Source: Mytilus trossulus (lineage: Eukaryota). Taken from it: a stretch of 64,000 nucleotides of DNA. Within the stretch, counting starts at the first letter, position 1. Every line of letters begins with the position of its first letter. The notes beneath the pieces are model-generated. The model did no database searches, was not told where the DNA came from, and was given only the letters and a program-made list of their open reading frames with translations. Below are positions 28,546-41,100 of the stretch, in pieces. The stretch covers positions 61,008,001 through 61,072,000 of the forward strand of contig NC_086383.1 in NCBI RefSeq assembly GCF_036588685.1, given 5' to 3'. Both the position numbers and the translations under genes were made by a program.

Positions 28546-28784
28546 AAGAAGGTACATAGTATATTGATACCTTATTCATTCAAATTCATTGATGGAGTTA
28601 TCTTTAAATGGTATCATGATGGAAATTAAAAGTGTTCCATAATTCTTAGTTAAATTATTATTCCTAGAGAATAAACATGATTGTAATTTGAAATAGTCCA
28701 GGGAAGTGATGCACTTAGCTAGTATGTTGTGATTAGCTTCATGTAATATGGTTTCTGTTTTAAATTAAGCATGTAAATGCATTA

Positions 28785-28790
28785 TTTATT
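28785..28790 (-). promoter_or_regulatory. Candidate polyadenylation signal of the minus-strand P4HA-like gene
   Basis: AATAAA on the minus strand ~130 nt past the stop codon. In AT-rich DNA this could be a chance match. Confidence 0.4.
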
Positions 28791-28918
28791 CAGAAGTGGA
28801 CATTACTAAATGTAATCAATAACCTACAAATGGCCTCCTTATGTGAATTAAATTTCACTTTAATTCTTACTGAAAGATTGCATAAAGACATACTATTATC
28901 TTAAATTGTCCCAGGAAA

Positions 28919-29101
28919 TTATAAACTAAAATGTTCCCAAATTGAAGGAATTGTCTGCAAAAAATTCATATCTTGGTCTTTCTTATGTATCCATTTGTTG
29001 GCGATCCATTTTGATCCAAAAAATACTGGGCATCCTGCATGTAATGTTGCTTTGTCACCCTGTTCCTCTTTGTCCAAATTTGTAAAAATTAAAGCTGAAC
29101 C
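28919..29101 (-). CDS. P4HA-like terminal coding exon (distal Fe-ligand His and 2-oxoglutarate-binding Lys)
   Basis: GSALIFTNLDKEEQGDKATLHAGCPVFFGSKWIANKWIHKKDQDMNFLQTIPSIWEHFSL*. Confidence 0.92.
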   Translation of the reverse strand, partial: GSALIFTNLDKEEQGDKATLHAGCPVFFGSKWIANKWIHKKDQDMNFLQTIPSIWEHFSL

Positions 29102-32100
29102 CTACAAAATTTGATTGATTGTTTTTTAATTTCAATTTAACGTACATATCGTTCAACAAATCCTTTTATCGGCAGTTACAAATACCTAGTATCAATATCT
29201 GAAACTCCTGATGTATCCGAGTCCTGATACAAGTGTGTAGTGTGTAACAATGGGTAAGTGAGATTTTTATCCGATTTCCCAACAGCAAAATAGATGGCCT
29301 TGAAGGGCAAACAAGAAGTTATCTTCTATTGCGTCTTCCATAATAATGTCGGTTCAACATTTATAATTCAAATTGAACGGATTATATGAATGCATCTGAT
29401 AACCATTCTAACGTGGTTCTTAAAAGTAGTCTGTAATGCAAATGATCGAATGTACTGCCGTTAAACATTAAAAGATTGATTGAAGGCTGTTAAATCTATT
29501 TCAAGCAATATTGGATCTATCGTAATGGTTCTTTTTTTATAGAGGACACCGGAGTGCCTCGAAAGAATCACCGGCGGGATAACGGACATTCATATTCAAA
29601 AAGAGAGGCAAACTATACCGAGAGATATTCAAACTGATAAAACAATAAAAAACGAACAAAGTCATGGCCAAGTTTCCTCAGGCTATTGATACAGTAGTTG
29701 CACTGTTAAGACAACTCGGAAATCGTGAACTTTTTTGTTTTTTTGTTTGGTTTAATCTTCTGACAATAACGTTGTATATCTTTTTAATTCATTCGCAGAA
29801 AGATAAATGATCCAATGTAACAAAGGACAATGTAATCACACCAAATTTTGATGTAGTTCATGTTGCTTGGTCGTTACTATTTTATGTTGCGTTTTGTGTA
29901 CTGTTCTTTGTCTGTTCGTCGGTTTTTTTTGTTTGTTCATGGCATTGTCAGTTTGTTTTCGACTTATGAATTAGGATATCCGTTTGGGAAAATTTTACTT
30001 CTCATTAGGAAATTAAGAAATGTAAAACTATACAATGTAGATCAAATCTGTATTACTAGTATCTCTACAATGGAACGAACGTAAACAACCTCAATCAATA
30101 GGTTAACAGCACACATTTGTAGAGTTCAATGGTCTGGCTTGAATGACAGTAGTAATTCTGATTTTTGCGATTCATAAGTGATGCACAGCTTAACCGTCAA
30201 ATATTCGTCTGTGATATCGTAGTGGTGAAACTTACATTTTTAAGTGTCTATGAAACCACAATGTTACAATTCATCAACGATACCAGCCTTATGATAAATT
30301 ATATCAAATACGAGTGAGACTTAGATGAGACTCGTCATTGCAGCTCTAATCAAAATAAATGATTGAAAAGCATAAACGCAAAAAAATCTAAAATCTTTAT
30401 AATAGATATTGCTAATACCGTCTAATTAGTTATCAAAGGTATCAGGATTATAATTTAATACGCCAGACGCGCGTTCCGTTTACATAAGACTCATCAGTGA
30501 CGCTCAGATCAAAATAGAAGTAAAGCCAAACAAGAACAAAGTTGAAGTATTAACACTGACAATAGAAAGTCCCTGGAATGTTATGTTAATACTTTCAGAA
30601 TAATATATTGTATATACATATATACCTTCACAGGTGACACGGCAAGTCCTAATTCTGGGAAAACTGTCGAACCACCGACTTCCACGTCACTCAACTGTAA
30701 TACAAGAAATGCATAATTTAGTTATTAAATTGTATTGTAATGAAATATGCGATTGGCTGATTTAATAGATACTTGAACAGAAAGAAAACACAAATTGACA
30801 GAAAACTATTATATTAACTATGCATTATTTCTAGGGATGTCAAAAGATCTGAAATTTAATACTCGGATACTCGGTCATAATACTCGAGTACTCGCAAGTA
30901 CTCGGATGAATCTTAAACGTCTATTGAAAAGTTTTTAAGTTAGATTTTAGGTGGGATGCAGTGCTTTTGTTATTACCTTTCATAAACACATTGACGAAAT
31001 ACAAACGTACTACAAACATAGCTTGCTCCTCTGTTTTTTGTGTCAATAAAACAATAAATAAACGACTGCCGTTTTTACAAATAACCTATCATAATAGCAA
31101 TTATTGTTTGTTTACGTGTTTATGAAACAAATTTCAATAAAATCAAAATATTTTATAAGCAAAAATCAAAAATATTTGCATTTTATGTCCGACAAAGTAG
31201 ACAATATATTTAGCATCTGTTCTGAGGAGTTGGTATTTTTTATAACACGACTTGTCTATTTAAAATTTGTCAACAACAATTATGATATTGGACTTCAAAT
31301 TACTTGTGCTTTTTCGTGTTGCTCAGTATTACTTTTTCTGTGGGTTTTTTTTTTTTTGCACTATCGTTTGTCTGATTTTCATTTTTTTTTTCTTTAGCCA
31401 TGACGTTGTTAGTTTATTTTCAACTTTTGTGGTTGAATGTCGCTCTCATACTTTCGCATATCTCTAAATTGTAAATTAAACAATTATAGTTAAGCTTTAA
31501 AAAGGGATTAATTAAATTAATTTAAATATACATCTCATACCAATCAGAAGTCTTGATTAACAAACAAAGGTAAGTTTTTACGGCTTGTGATGAGTTAATT
31601 ATTTATCCATGAACATGATGAAAGTGTTGATCCGTGTACAAACACCGTTAAAAATGTCTCAATCAGTTGTGTAGGGTTCCCCGCAGGTTACTTTGATTTT
31701 GTGTTCGTTTAAAAATATGATCTGGTCACGATTTCAGACGAAAGACTGTTAAACTCTCTATTTTTTTGTTACAAGGAGTGCACATGAAAATATTCCCTCG
31801 AAAGGAAAGGACGTTGCTGGTACTACTATAACAGATAGTATCCTCAGGATAAACATAGTTATGTTATTAACTTATTTTATTGAGTATTACGAAGGAGAAA
31901 TTTCAACAGAACTAAAATTGAGTGGAAATGTGAAGAGAACTATATCAAGATGTATAAAAAGCAAACGAGTATCCGAGTACTAAAACAGTACTCGAGTACT
32001 CGGTCTTCCGAGCGAGTACCCGAGTACTCGAGTACTCGTTGCCATCCCTAATTATTTCAAATGGTCAACAGAGTTTCTCTTAACATGCCACCTTCCTTGA

Positions 32101-35100
32101 GAGAAGTAGTATGGATGATCAATCAAAGTACTGAAACTAGTTATTCACATTTTTGGAAGGCATAAACGAGGGCGAAATATACCAAATGGACAGTCAAACT
32201 AATAAATCAAAAATAATCTGAAAATTTCATGGCTAAAAGAGAAAAGGACAGACAACACTAGTACACAAAATACAAGAAAGAAAAATAAACAGTAGTCAGC
32301 ACGATACCCTTCGTATACCGGGGATGATCTGAGGTGCTCCTGAGATCTTACTCCACATGTGGCACTGTCGAAATGCACATTTGTAGCAGAACACATCGGT
32401 ACCGTAATTAAATGGAAGTTTTGAGTAGATATCAAGACTGATTTATAAACAGATCAATAAATAAAAATTTAGACATATACCGAGATGATCGAATGAACGG
32501 CAATGGCGCCTCCACAAAACGTAAATTAAGTAATAAGGTGACATGTAATACTTACGTAAAGTATTATAGTCAAAACCCTGTTTGTTTTAGTTTGAAGATC
32601 ACCAGAAAGCTGCAATATAAATAATCATGCAAACAATATAGGTCCAAGTCAGGGAAATGGCCATAGTTCGTTTCTGTGTGTGTTAAATTTTAATGTTGTG
32701 TCGTAGGTCACTTATATTTCAGCGTTTCCTCACTTTTAGTTTAACCCGTATTTGTTTTTTCTCTATCGATTTATAAATTTCGAACAGCGGTATACTAATT
32801 TTGCCTTTGTTTTATATTTGCTACCCATTTACACATGTTACATACTGTTTTCAAGTTTAAAACTATAAAACTTTGCCTTTTATTGAAATATTTGTCCATT
32901 GTAATTCATTTTTAACGTTACAGATGACGCATTATCATATATTGTACACATATTATATTGTCATTTAAAACAATACGTGTTTGTTTACAAAAATGGTATT
33001 ATAATAAGTCTTTACCTTTAAGCAATATGAAGGTTTTACATGTCAAACATGGCAATGCTTTAAATGCTAAACAATACTACATTTCTACATTGGCTAGAGG
33101 TATAGGGAGAGGGTTGAGATCTCACAAACATGCTAGTCTTGTATTATTTTAATCTTAGTTTCTTGTGTACAATTTGGAAATTAGTATGGCGTTCATTATC
33201 ACTGAACTAATATATATTTGTTTAGGGGCCAGCTGATGGACGCCTCCGGGTGCGGGAATTTCTCGCTACATTTAAGACATGTTGGTGACCTTCTGCTGTT
33301 GTTTTATTCCTATGGTCGGGTTGTTGTCTTTTTGACACATTCCCCATTTCCATTCTCAATTTTATCATGATGATTTACAAGTGCTTTATGAACAAATAAT
33401 AATAAAATATTGGGAGGTCAAGATAACTCTATAAAAACAACATAAAACGATCGGTTTAATCAAGTAAGTAACCGTCCAAAGTTAGGAAAATGTTTTCAAT
33501 TGGTTTGATGTGTTTGAGTTCGATCAGGGACTTTCTGTTTTGAATTTATTTGGGAGTGTATGCCTTTTTGTGCTTCTTCGTTACATTTGTTGTTTTATAG
33601 TGATATTAAGATGATAACACAATATTGACTGCTGTACCCCTATTTTTGACATTTTTACTCTTTGAGTATGTTTGTTTTGTTCATACATCGTTGACAATGT
33701 AATGGAATTTGACGCAACTTTCATACAAGTGAGAGGTTTAGCTAGCTATAAAACCAGGTTCAATCCACCATTTTCTATATAAGAAAATGCCTGTACCAAG
33801 TCAGGAATATGACAGTTGTTATCCATTCGTTTGATGTGTTTGGACATTTGATTTTGCCTTTTGATTTTTGATTTTCCTTGTCGAATATTCCTCGGAGTTT
33901 TTACTTTTTATTCCTTTTTTTTTCTCTCCTCTTTATTTCACTACTTACCTTAACTATTTCGAAAAATTCATATCTTACCAAAGTTTCATCCAGCCAATCA
34001 AAATGTGGCTGAAATTCTCCACCGATACCGTAATTTACAATCTGAATTAAAATAAGCATTTGTATGATAATAAAGATAAGGCATATTTAACAGAAATGCA
34101 TATTTACAAAACGACAATAACAAAATGATACAAGCAATGAAACATGTCGTTTATTAAAATTGAAGGCCAGAATCACAACAACTGATGTAGAGGGAATAAA
34201 ACGGAGAGTTGATAACTCAATTTTTAAATTAGTGTGTGCCAGACAAATAGTAGGACTACATTAGATTCATCTGTGGTGTCCGAATCAAAACTTGGAACTT
34301 TACACGGGGGTCTTGCAACAGTAAGCAAAAAAAAATTGTTTAAAAAAAAAACATAAGTTTTCCCGTTCAATGCAGTTTTAAACTTACACCGAGAGAACGT
34401 TTAAATTTTAAACTAATGATTAACAATAATGTTCGTTGTCATTTCACGGCACTAACGGTGTCGCAAAAATCGTTTGGGTTGCATATCACATCTTCAAATA
34501 AGTCGCCAGTAATATCTATATAAAATTCTATTAGATCCTTCGCCCAGCTATCAACCAAGATAACGGTTACTTCAAAAATACCACCCAGGATGATAATTCA
34601 ATATACCTCAAGCATTCTTTTTCTTATTTATGCGTCCCTTGCTTTCAAAATTTCCAGATTAAAGTTTCCGATCAAGGTAAATCCAGAAAAACCAGTTCGA
34701 ATTCACATTTTATTAAGTTTGGTTTTTAATTTTTATGGAATTACGGAGGCTGCAACTATTTGTTCATTTTTTGTCTTGAAAGGTTTTATCTATCAGCAAA
34801 CATTTCTGAAATTTTGGTTTAAAGTAACAAGGGTTTCAGCTCCCGTGTAACGAACGCACAAAATGTCATGTTATAAAGAAACATTAGATCTACAAATTCT
34901 TTATCACGCGACTACTGTCCAATCATCAACAACCGTAAGATTGTCAAACTTTGATGCGTGTTTTCACTTTATAACTTGTTTTAATAAAAGTTAATGAAGT
35001 ATATACGTCATAGTATGTGTAGGTGAAGCGAGGGATATCAAAGTGATAATCAAACTCCTAAGTCGCAAAGAAAAAAAAAGGAAAACGATCAAAGACAAAA

Positions 35101-38100
35101 AAAGTATAGAATAAACTCATCATAGATACCAGTACTAAATTTAGTATATACGCCAGACGCGCTTTTCGTGTAACAAAAAAATCCATCAGTGACGATCGAA
35201 ACTAAAAAAAGTTTAAAATGCCAAATAAAGTACGAAGTTAAAGAGCATTGATGACCAAAATTCTTAAAAGTTTTGCCAAATACTGCTTAGGTAATCTTTG
35301 CCTGACTTAGACAAGCCTTAGTATTACACACAGTCTGCAAAACTGAACACTGAGCAAAATAAAACAACATTAAAAACTGAATTAATTCCAAATGATTAGG
35401 AAGGGTAAGAAGATTCTCCTCCATATCTAGAACCTGTTGTGTTGCTCATGTGAATAGAATGCTAGTGATATGGATTTTAAAGCTTTCCTCGATATTCTGT
35501 GAAATTCCATCAATATTGATCGTTTTTATAAAAATACTATTGAAAATATAAGCAGGTTTAAGCAATATGGATAAACCTGGTCTAATTTTTTCACTCAATG
35601 TTTAGTTTTGATTTTTTTGTTTTCTGGTATACGTTTTTTCATTGTTTTCGTAGTTTTTCATTGTTTGTAGCGGTTTTCTTTCGAATTATAAAATGCTCTT
35701 TAGATAAGTTCTGCCTCTTTTTCAGAGTTAATATTTGTAATGTTTGGTGTTCCAGTCTTAAATACCTCTATATATTCCGTATTTCGTAATTTATAAGGTA
35801 TATTGGGAATATATGGGAAGATTTTGGTTGTTTAAGTATCATATGAAAGCTTTGGAACTTGGAATCACTGCAGAATCCTTGTTGAAAGTTTTACTTGAAT
35901 AATAAAGAAGCATATGAAAGGAGGGCACATTTGCCCTGTTGTTCAGATCAGAAGTTCCGGTTTTTTAAACTATCACACTTCCGGGAACCAGTACTCTCTA
36001 ATATGCAATTGAAGGTATGTTGATTTTTTCCGCACAAGTCAGGATATTGTACAGTTTTGACATAAAATAACTGCCACTTTATTTTAACTTAAAACAAAGT
36101 AGCCATTAATGCTTGAAATTGCAGAATTAAGCTTAGAAAACAATAGGGGCTATGAATTAGTGGTTTTATAGTTATAAGTATTCAACCTTTTTTGTTTACC
36201 TGCAAGTGGTCCGCTTGTCGAATGTTTGTTCTGAGACCAGTTAGACGTTCTAAACGATCATTAAACTGAATCACATCTGGATCAGTCATATCTTCCATAA
36301 AATTATACCTAAAACAAGAGTCAACAGACTGGAACAGTTAGGGGTTAAAAAAATTATCAAAGGTACCAGGATTATTATTTTGTACGCCAGACTCGACATA
36401 GGTCTCATCAGCGACGCTCAGATCAAAAAAGTTATGAAGCCAAAAAGTACAAAGTTGAAGAACTTTGAGGACCCAAAATTACAAAAATATTGTTCATAAT
36501 ATATCATCTGTGAGTTTATTATCATTTCTGGCTGGCATATCAAATATCATTAATTTAGTGCATAAATTCCAAAATTTAATGTCCATAGAAGTTGGTTTAA
36601 TTTCTGATCTTATTGTGCAATAAGATATAAGAAACCACTTTTTCATTTACCCTATTATTGCTCACCCGTTATAGTGAGGTCATTACTTAGAGTAGTAAAA
36701 ATAAAACTGTACAAGAATAAGAAGATTGTCTCTTTTTTCAATTTGTCAAGTTTCTAATATACATTTGAATCAACTATTAACACTAAAATGGAGGACTTAC
36801 GTCGAGCTAGTTCTTGTACTGGAATCAAGAGGTCTCAAAAGTGAATCATCACCATGATAGATTTTTGATCTTTGTAACTGGAAATATAAAATCAATCATT
36901 AACACTAAAATTGAAGACTTACGTCGAGATAGTTCTTACACTGGAATCAACATGCCTCAATGGTGAATCATCACTTACAACTTTTGATCTTTGTAACTGG
37001 AAATATAGATAATGTGTTTAAATAGACAATTTTTAATAGTCCTTTGTGTATACTATTTGATTACATATTTACTGACCTCTTTTTCGGGTCAATTTGAACT
37101 TCGGTGTGGATGGGTTTTTGGTTTGTATCTTCTTTTTTTAAGGGTTGGTGGTAATATGCGTAACTTATCACATAAAACGTAGAGCTCTTCATCATTTTAT
37201 TTGTTAAAACAGATTGTATTAGTTCTCTTCAAATAAATGCATCGGTGGGTTTTTTTCATTCGGGTAACATAGTAATTTATTTATAAACTTATTAGAACAA
37301 AATGAAGGTGTAATAAGGTTTATCGACACATTGTGGACATTCCGTGGGTACCAATTGCTTCCCTTTAAATAGCAGACTTCATATATTGTTAGAAATGACA
37401 CTTTATGTTGAAACATATTACTTTTATTTCCATGCAATCGATACATTTAAGAGCATGCACCGTAAGAAAAAAGTAATCAAGCCAGAATAAGAATAGATTA
37501 AAACTGAAACCATTTATAGAAATATAATCACAAACCACATTTTCAAAATGTTGTCCAATACTAAAACGGTGGGAAAATGTATATTTCTTTTTTTAATTCT
37601 TTCAAAATGTCAATATTGGTATTTTTAATATTTTCCAATAAAACAATAGATTTACGGATACTTCAGAAAAATCGTTATATTAAGGTGTCAAACTTAAGCC
37701 ATAAGGAATTCAAAATAGGTTTTTCACACAATATTTCAAAGTGTATAATTATATGTTTCAAATGCTTTCTTTTCAAATAGATTAGAGGTATAGGGGGATG
37801 GTTGAGATCTCACAAAAATGTTAAACCCCGCCGCATTTTTGCGCCTGTCCCAAGTCAGGAGCCTCTGGCCTTTGTTAGTCTTGTACTATTTTAATTTTAG
37901 TTTCTTGTGTACAATTTGGAAATTAGTATGGCGTTCATTATCACTGAACTAGTATATATTTGTTTAGGGGCCAGCTGAAGGACACCTCCGGGTGCGGGAA
38001 TTTCTCGCTACATTGAAGACCTGTTGGTGACCTTCTGCTGTTGGGTTTTTTTTTTTTATTTGGTCGGGTTGTTGTTTCTTTGACACATTCCACATTTCCA

Positions 38101-41100
38101 TTCTCAATTTTATGTTCTATTAGAAAAGTGTATCCGTGCAGTGCATCTTGTTCTATCCGTAAGTTCCAGTTTGGAAATTGTGAACAGACATAATTTAGTG
38201 ATTTTGTTCCCCTTGAAATTACCAATTCAAAGAGGTTTTGGTAAAAAGAGGAAAAAAACATGACCTTTTCCATAACAGTTCTTTACCTGGTTTGCAAATC
38301 CTTTCAATTTTTCGAGAAGATTCTGACTAATGATGTCATGGACGACAAGTATCATTGGAGATTTATTAATGTACTCAACTTTGATTGGTTGCTTGAAAAA
38401 AGTTAAGTCTTGAAATCCTAGGTATTTACAAACTCCACCAAAGCGAGTATTCTAAAATAATTGACAAATAAATCTTGAAACATTGCTTGTTTAAATAAAA
38501 ACTTATCGGATTTTGTCTAATAATTAATTCGTTTCTGTGTATGTTACATTTTAATGTTGTGTTTCGGTTGTGTCGTTGTTCTCCTCTTATATTTGATACG
38601 TTTCCGTCAGTTTTAGTTTGTAACCCTGATTTTTTTCCTATCGATTTATGAGTTTCGGACAGCGGTATACTACTGTTGCCTTATTCGATTTAAAAACATT
38701 AATTTGTATCTTTAAAGTTGGGATAACAATAAAAACAAATAACGATCTTAAATGACACAAAATAAAATTAGGCATTTAATACATTAATGTCTATCAAAAG
38801 CCAATTCTGAAACAAAAAATCAGTGTATATATGTATTGTTTAACATTCATTTAAAAAACAACGCCAAAAGATTACGTTTGTTATGTATATACAATAGTTT
38901 TAAATTCTTCCTTTTAAAATTGTTACACGATGATGACTGTTGTGTCCGTATTTTGACTATTTTATTTATTTTGTCTGTTTAGTTAACGCATCATTGTAAA
39001 TATAACAGAATTTGATGAGACTGCCATCAAAGTGAGAGGGTTAGTGATATAAAACCAGGTTTAATCCACCATTTTCTACATTTGAAAATGCCTGTACCAA
39101 GTCAGGAATATGACAGTTCTTGTCCATTCTTTTTTTATGTGTTTTACTATTTGATTTTCCCATGTGATTATGGAATTTCCGAATTGATTTTCCTCTAAGT
39201 TCAGTATTTTTGCGATTTTACTTTTTAATGATAAATCGGGAGAATCATTCATTTGTGCTGGGTTTTTCAGCTTATGCATGTTTGTGCAAAAAGAAAGATT
39301 TTTTATCATCCTGTTTCGAGGCCTGCATAAGGTTTTTTTTCAAAGCTACGTTTAGTTTTTAACATACCCTTGTCAGACATGTATTTTCATATCTCTTCGT
39401 GAAGTTTGCATTTCTACTAAATTCTATCCCATAATACATCATGGAATTGTTTTTAACCATTGACTGAAATTCTGCAACTTCTGTTGTGTCTAAATCTAAA
39501 ACGACACGGATCCGTTACTTCCTGTTTATTTATTTTTTATTCTGAGGTGGGTGATAGGATATGTCAAAATGTAAAGAAAACGGAATAACACTAACATTTT
39601 TTTCATTCCAACTTTTTTTTCATCACGGCAATTGATGTAAAAAATTGAAAGCAACACGTTTATTAATTTCCTGCGTCCGAAACGCTTTTCTTGGATTTAC
39701 CTTCACCAAGAACACTCAAAGCCAAACATTTAAAATCCGAAGATATATAAGTACCGAAACCGTTGAAGAGCTATCTGTCAAAAATACAAAAAATAAATGG
39801 CCAAATTTATCTAGAGCCAACTTAGCCTGAAAAAGTTGAAACCTTAGTTTCTTAATTTCAAAATTTATAAACGGACTATTTTAGTAAAGTTTGTTATATC
39901 ATGTCAGTACCGAAGAACTGACTAGTGAGCTGATGATACCCTCGGGGACTGATAGTCCACCAGCAGAAGTATCGTAATTTCGATGATGGTAGATGCAATT
40001 TGGATGTAACAATTTTTTTCATTGGCTAAAAGTTGCCGTCAAATACACAGTTGACCAAGCGTAACTAAGATAGGACCCGCCATTTGTAATTGATTGAATC
40101 AACAAATGTTCGAATACTACTATTTAATCAAAAATAAAACAACACCTACTTCGAATTTGCCGTTCTAATGTAATTTTATCCGAACTTGAAGCGTACATGT
40201 AACGACTTAACCTCCAGTTTGTAAGTTTACATTTGTACATGTATGACGTCACGTTTAGCAATGACGTCTTTGTGCAAAAATCATTCGTGAAGTTTCGCGA
40301 ATTTTTTTCTATTTGTCAAATTTAGACATTTTTTCAAAGTTTTATCGTATTTTATCTTTTGTAATGCATTAGAATCGTAAAAGAAGTACTGTAGTTGAAG
40401 AGTTGCCACCGTCAATTTTGATTTGACGGTCGCAAATCTCCGTTTTACTGTCTCCGCTGTGCATCGCCAGTAAAAAAACGTTGAAGAGATGATACTACCA
40501 AAATGGACCTTTTGTCCGACCATCTCAATTGCAGTTAAAAACTATTTTCTTTAGAGACGGGCCTCATTAGTCGTGTTTTAATGTCGTTTTTTTTTCTTTC
40601 TATTTGTGACATTTGTACCTCTTGTGTCTGTTTGTTTTGTTCGAACATCATTTTTTAATATAATAAAATTTGAAAATTCTGTCATACAAGTGAGGTTTGG
40701 CTAGCTACAAAATCAGGTTCAATCCGTCATTTTCTACATGATTAAATGCATGTACGAGTCAGGAAAATGACAGTTGTTATCCATTCGTGTTTGAGCATTT
40801 GATTTTGTAATTTGGTTAGGGACTTTCCATTTTGAATTTTCCTCGTAGTTTAGGATTTTTGGGATTTTACTTTTTTCTTTAACTAATTCTATAGACTGTC
40901 AACACTCAGGTTGAATATTCAAATACGGGATGTTGTTTAACTGTAATATTTATTGACTCATCATATCTACAGTAGAGGCGTGTTCATTTGAAAAATTACG
41001 TATACCATCTTTTACTCATATTCATAAACACTTTACATAAACATAACATGCCAGCATTTTCGATATTTTTTTTACTTACTAAAATTTTCCAGTCTATTAG

